Positions 60,801-64,000 of a DNA stretch of 64,000 nt are shown here, one piece after another. Origin of the DNA: Balamuthia mandrillaris. Lineage: Eukaryota. The notes under the pieces are model-generated. The model was not told the DNA's origin, ran no database searches, and worked only from the letters and a program-made list of their open reading frames with translations. Numbering within the stretch: the stretch's first letter is position 1; each line of letters opens with the position of its first letter. Location: assembly GCA_031835245.2 (NCBI GenBank), contig JAVKOQ020000043.1:124001-188000 (forward strand), in the 5' to 3' direction. The position numbers were made by a program, and so were the translations under genes.

Positions 60801-61803
60801 TCTTCTTCTGACACTTCGCCCGGATCTAGTGGCGCAGCCTCTGCTCTTAGTGCGGATAGCAGCACTTCCCTTGCCCCTGATACTTCTTCGTCCTCTGCCT
60901 CTCCTTTCATATCCACAGCTTCCTTTTCTTCCGGCTTGTCTTCGTCTTCCTCCTCATCCGTGGAGTCACTTCAAGAGCAGCTATCCAGCAACGAGGTCGG
61001 TGATAGTTATTTGGCTATAGCTAAGTTCTTGTTAGATTCTGGTGCTAGTTTTGATGGAAGCGCCTGGTGCAACTATCAAGACCCGCTATACTATGCTTGC
61101 GAGGTTCTTTCTTTCTCTCCCTTCTCTCTCTTTTATCTTTTCTTCTTGCTCTCCCCTCTTCTAACTATCATTATCTATTCCAAAGGGAGGGAGTTTATTG
61201 ATAGTAAAGGAACTACTACAACGGATAGAGCCTTACATCTACACAGCAAGGCATTCCCATCTGTTGTCGATAGCCCATCCCAACGTTTGCCCAATTTTGG
61301 AGAGTCACGTCGGGGAGGCACTCAAGAAACAAAATGAGCAACTTCATCCTCCGCTTTACGAACCCCCTTCTTTGTCCTCCTTCTGGACCGTTGCTTCAAA
61401 ACCGACAGCGGCATTCCCATCACTATCACATGAAGGTACTGCTACTGTCAGTGGAGTGACTGGCGATTTAACGTCTCCGTCTCCATCTTCGTCTCCGTCT
61501 CCTCCTCCTTCTTCTTCTTCTTCCACTTTGTTGTCATTACCACCAACCCAACAACCTATTGATTCATCTCCTTCCACAACCACGCTACCGGAGACACCCA
61601 CAACCGCTGACACCACCATCATTTCTGCCTCCTCCTCCTCTTCCAGTTCTTCCTCTTCCTCCTCTTCCTCTTCTTCCTCATTGGCAGCAGAAGACTTACC
61701 CCCAGCGACCAACCCGACTCATCCTGCCTCCACCGACTCTGAAACCACCAATGACACCGAAGCGGGAACTCACCAACCAGATAGGGATGAGGGTCACCGG
61801 TAA
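55804..61803 (+). CDS. Large multidomain protein: Nup42/NUPL2-like motif, split OTU-like domain, BTB/POZ and ankyrin repeats
   Basis: GT-AG introns at about 56080, 56656, 57838, 57991, 58598 and 61104 join the ORFs in frame. Motifs WPVSCYAP...GDVSPEELRY; GACLFAAVSDQL...GDWLSLQVLSD; TDYVI...YRVHKAFLA...LLLEFIYTGK; FDAIRQGDL and PLYYACEGGSLLIVKELL. The start codon is uncertain. Confidence 0.75.
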
Positions 61804-62089
61804 CCAGTAAGCCACCTTTTCTTACCCTTGCGCAAGAAAAAGACCCTGCTTTTTTGGGAGAATTTTTGTTATTATTTTTCTGATGTGCTTGATTTATTTC
61901 GTGTCGTCACGAATATATTATTTTCGCCAGGTTTTCAGTGTAATTTCCAACCGGCATGTTTAAAATTCTCCTATTGGCTCTTCAATTTATGCAGTTTTTA
62001 GCGTTTGTTTGCTGCAGCACCACGGCAAGCCAAGAGCCACTGCTGCATCGGAACTGTACCTGTACCATCCTTCCCTCCCCCCCCAAAAC

Positions 62090-63160
62090 ATGTTTTCCAC
62101 TGGACTGAGAACTGTGGCCAGGCCTGCTGCCTCCTCGCTGCTCCTTCGCCCTTTGGTACCTTTCATCCCCTCCCCCCTTTTTCTTCTTCTATCTCCTCAT
62201 TTATCAGCCTAGCTTGTGGGGCTTGGTTCGTGTGCTACTTTTTTTTTTCGTCCGTTTTTTTGTTGAGCTTTTTTTTTGATTGATTTTTTTACTCCTTGGA
62301 TTATTACTCTCACTCACTGGGATGGAACTGCAACTACAAACAAATAAATCAACTGAAAAAAATACGATAGGGCAACAGAGCATCTGCCTCTGCACTCCTT
62401 ATGTCCTCCTCCTCGCGTAGGAGCCTCTTCACCCTCGAAGAGCCGCCCTACCTCCAAAGCGGCCTTGGCTCCGCCATCTCCGCCAAGCAACTGGACTTTC
62501 ACTTCAACAAGCACCACAAGACCTACCTCAACAAGACCAACGAGGCGGTGCAGGGCACCCCCGACGAGTACCGCAGCCTGGAGGACGTCATCCTCTCGGC
62601 CAAGGCCAGCGGCAACGCCGGCCTCTTCAACAACAGCGCGCAGCTGTGGAACCACAGCTTCTTCTGGAAGTGCATGGCCGAGCCGGGAAAGACCGGAGAG
62701 ATGTCCAACGAGCTGCAGCAGCGCTTGAAGGACGCCTTTGGCAGCGTGGAGGAGTTCAAGAAGAAGGTATTGTTCTTTGTTGTTGTTTTGATTGCTTTAT
62801 TGTTATCTTTTGCTGTTTGTTTCTCTCTCTCTCTCTCTCTCTCTCCTCTGCTGCTCTCTCTCTCTCTCTCTTTGAATGTCACTGCTTCTATACGTTTGTC
62901 ATTTTTGATCTGTTTTTTTAACTGAAACACGGTGCGTGGTGTTGAATTGTAGTTCACTCAAGCGGCCACCACGAACTTTGGTAGTGGCTGGACCTGGTTG
63001 GTGGACGTGAACGGAAAGCTGGAGATTATGAACACCTCCAATGCAGAGTCGCCTGTGGTGATGAGGGTGAAGCCCTTGCTAACCCTTGACGTCTGGGAGC
63101 ACGCCTATTACATCGACCACCAAAACCGTCGTCCTGTGAGTACCAATATTTTTCTTTCTC

Positions 63161-63196
<36 letters not shown>

Positions 63197-63301
63197 ATGT
63201 GTTGACCTTTGCTTTTTTTTGTTATTGTTTTAAAGGACTACATTACCAAGTGGTGGGATGTCGTCAACTGGAACTTTGTGAATGCTCAACTTTCCAAGTA
63301 A
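62090..63301 (+). CDS. Iron-type superoxide dismutase with mitochondrial-like presequence, 4 exons
   Basis: Motifs HFNKHHKTY, LFNNSAQLWNHSFFW, NFGSGWTWL and LDVWEHAYYID. Exon 1 MFSTGLRTVARPAASSLLLRPL splices in frame to GNRASASALLMSSSSRRS. Confidence 0.92.
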
Positions 63302-63764
63302 ATGCTGATCATTACATAGTCCTCTTTTATGTTTCTCTATCAATAGACTTAGCCTCGACTCGCTCTCTTCTCCCAACTCGTTTTTTTTTCTTCCTCTTTC
63401 TCCTCTGCATTCTCCTTTGTATTCTCTCCTGTCTTCCTTCTTTCTTCTCTCCTGCCTTTCTTCTCTTCTGCCTTTCTTCTCTTGTCGTTCTCCCCCATCA
63501 TGTTATATCGCGTCGACACGATAAAGCGGTTACCGATTCATGACGACGCGAAAGAATTACCGTTCGTTTGTTCGACGAGAAAGACAGAGCGGCGGCAGCA
63601 TCTCTCTCTTTGATTTTGTGCTCTCTTCTTCTGCTCTGTTTCGTTGTTGTTCGTTGTTGACTCTTTCTTTGCTCTGACGGGAGGGGAGTATCGGCGCGAC
63701 CAGTACTGTATTTTTTTGTTTTATTTTATTTATTTTTAATTTTTTTTTTGGGCCGTTGAAAACG

Positions 63765-64000
63765 ATGAAAACCGAGACTGCCGGTAAGACCTGTACCCAT
63801 CCCTTCTTCCCCTTTTTTTTTCTTCTTCTTCTATCTTTTATTTATTTATTTATTTATTTTTTTTTTTTGCTTTTTCCATATATTTTTTTTCTTAAACAAA
63901 TCCATCTACAAGAGGGCTCGGGTTCGGCCTGCCCTGAAAAGCAAGGTTGGCTGATCAAACAAGGGGGCCTGCATAAAAACTGGAAGAGACGATGGTTCGT
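63765..64000 (+). CDS. PH-domain protein, 5' fragment (runs off the window)
   Basis: MKTETA|EGSGSACPEKQGWLIKQGGLHKNWKRRWF is a canonical PH start. Confidence 0.85.
   Translation, partial: MKTETAGKTCTHPFFPFFFLLLLSFIYLFIYFFFLLFPYIFFLKQIHLQEGSGSACPEKQGWLIKQGGLHKNWKRRWF

Overview
Gene-dense, intron-rich eukaryotic nuclear DNA with about 32 protein-coding genes, two of them cut by the window edges. Introns are short, almost all GT-AG, and filled with pyrimidine-rich microsatellites on the sense strand. Gene style and content (RasGEF, G-alpha, tyrosine-kinase-like kinase, secreted GH5, Fe-SOD, MMAB) suggest a free-living amoebozoan of the Acanthamoeba/Balamuthia type; this is inference. I found no prokaryotic operons, CRISPR arrays, tRNA/rRNA genes or transposases. 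Most genes are housekeeping. The observations most worth following up are: (1) a single large gene joining a Nup42/NUPL2-like motif, a split degenerate OTU domain, a BTB domain and ankyrin repeats; (2) a palindrome, TGTCGACA, found nine times, always intergenic and near gene starts; (3) an inverted pair of near-identical secreted GH5 genes with unrelated introns; (4) a SNARE-less longin resembling plant phytolongins; (5) a PH-TNFAIP8/TIPE fusion; (6) a candidate structured RNA at about 13.87-14.16 kb. All gene models were spliced by eye, so boundaries may be off by a few bases, and family calls come from recalled motifs rather than database searches.
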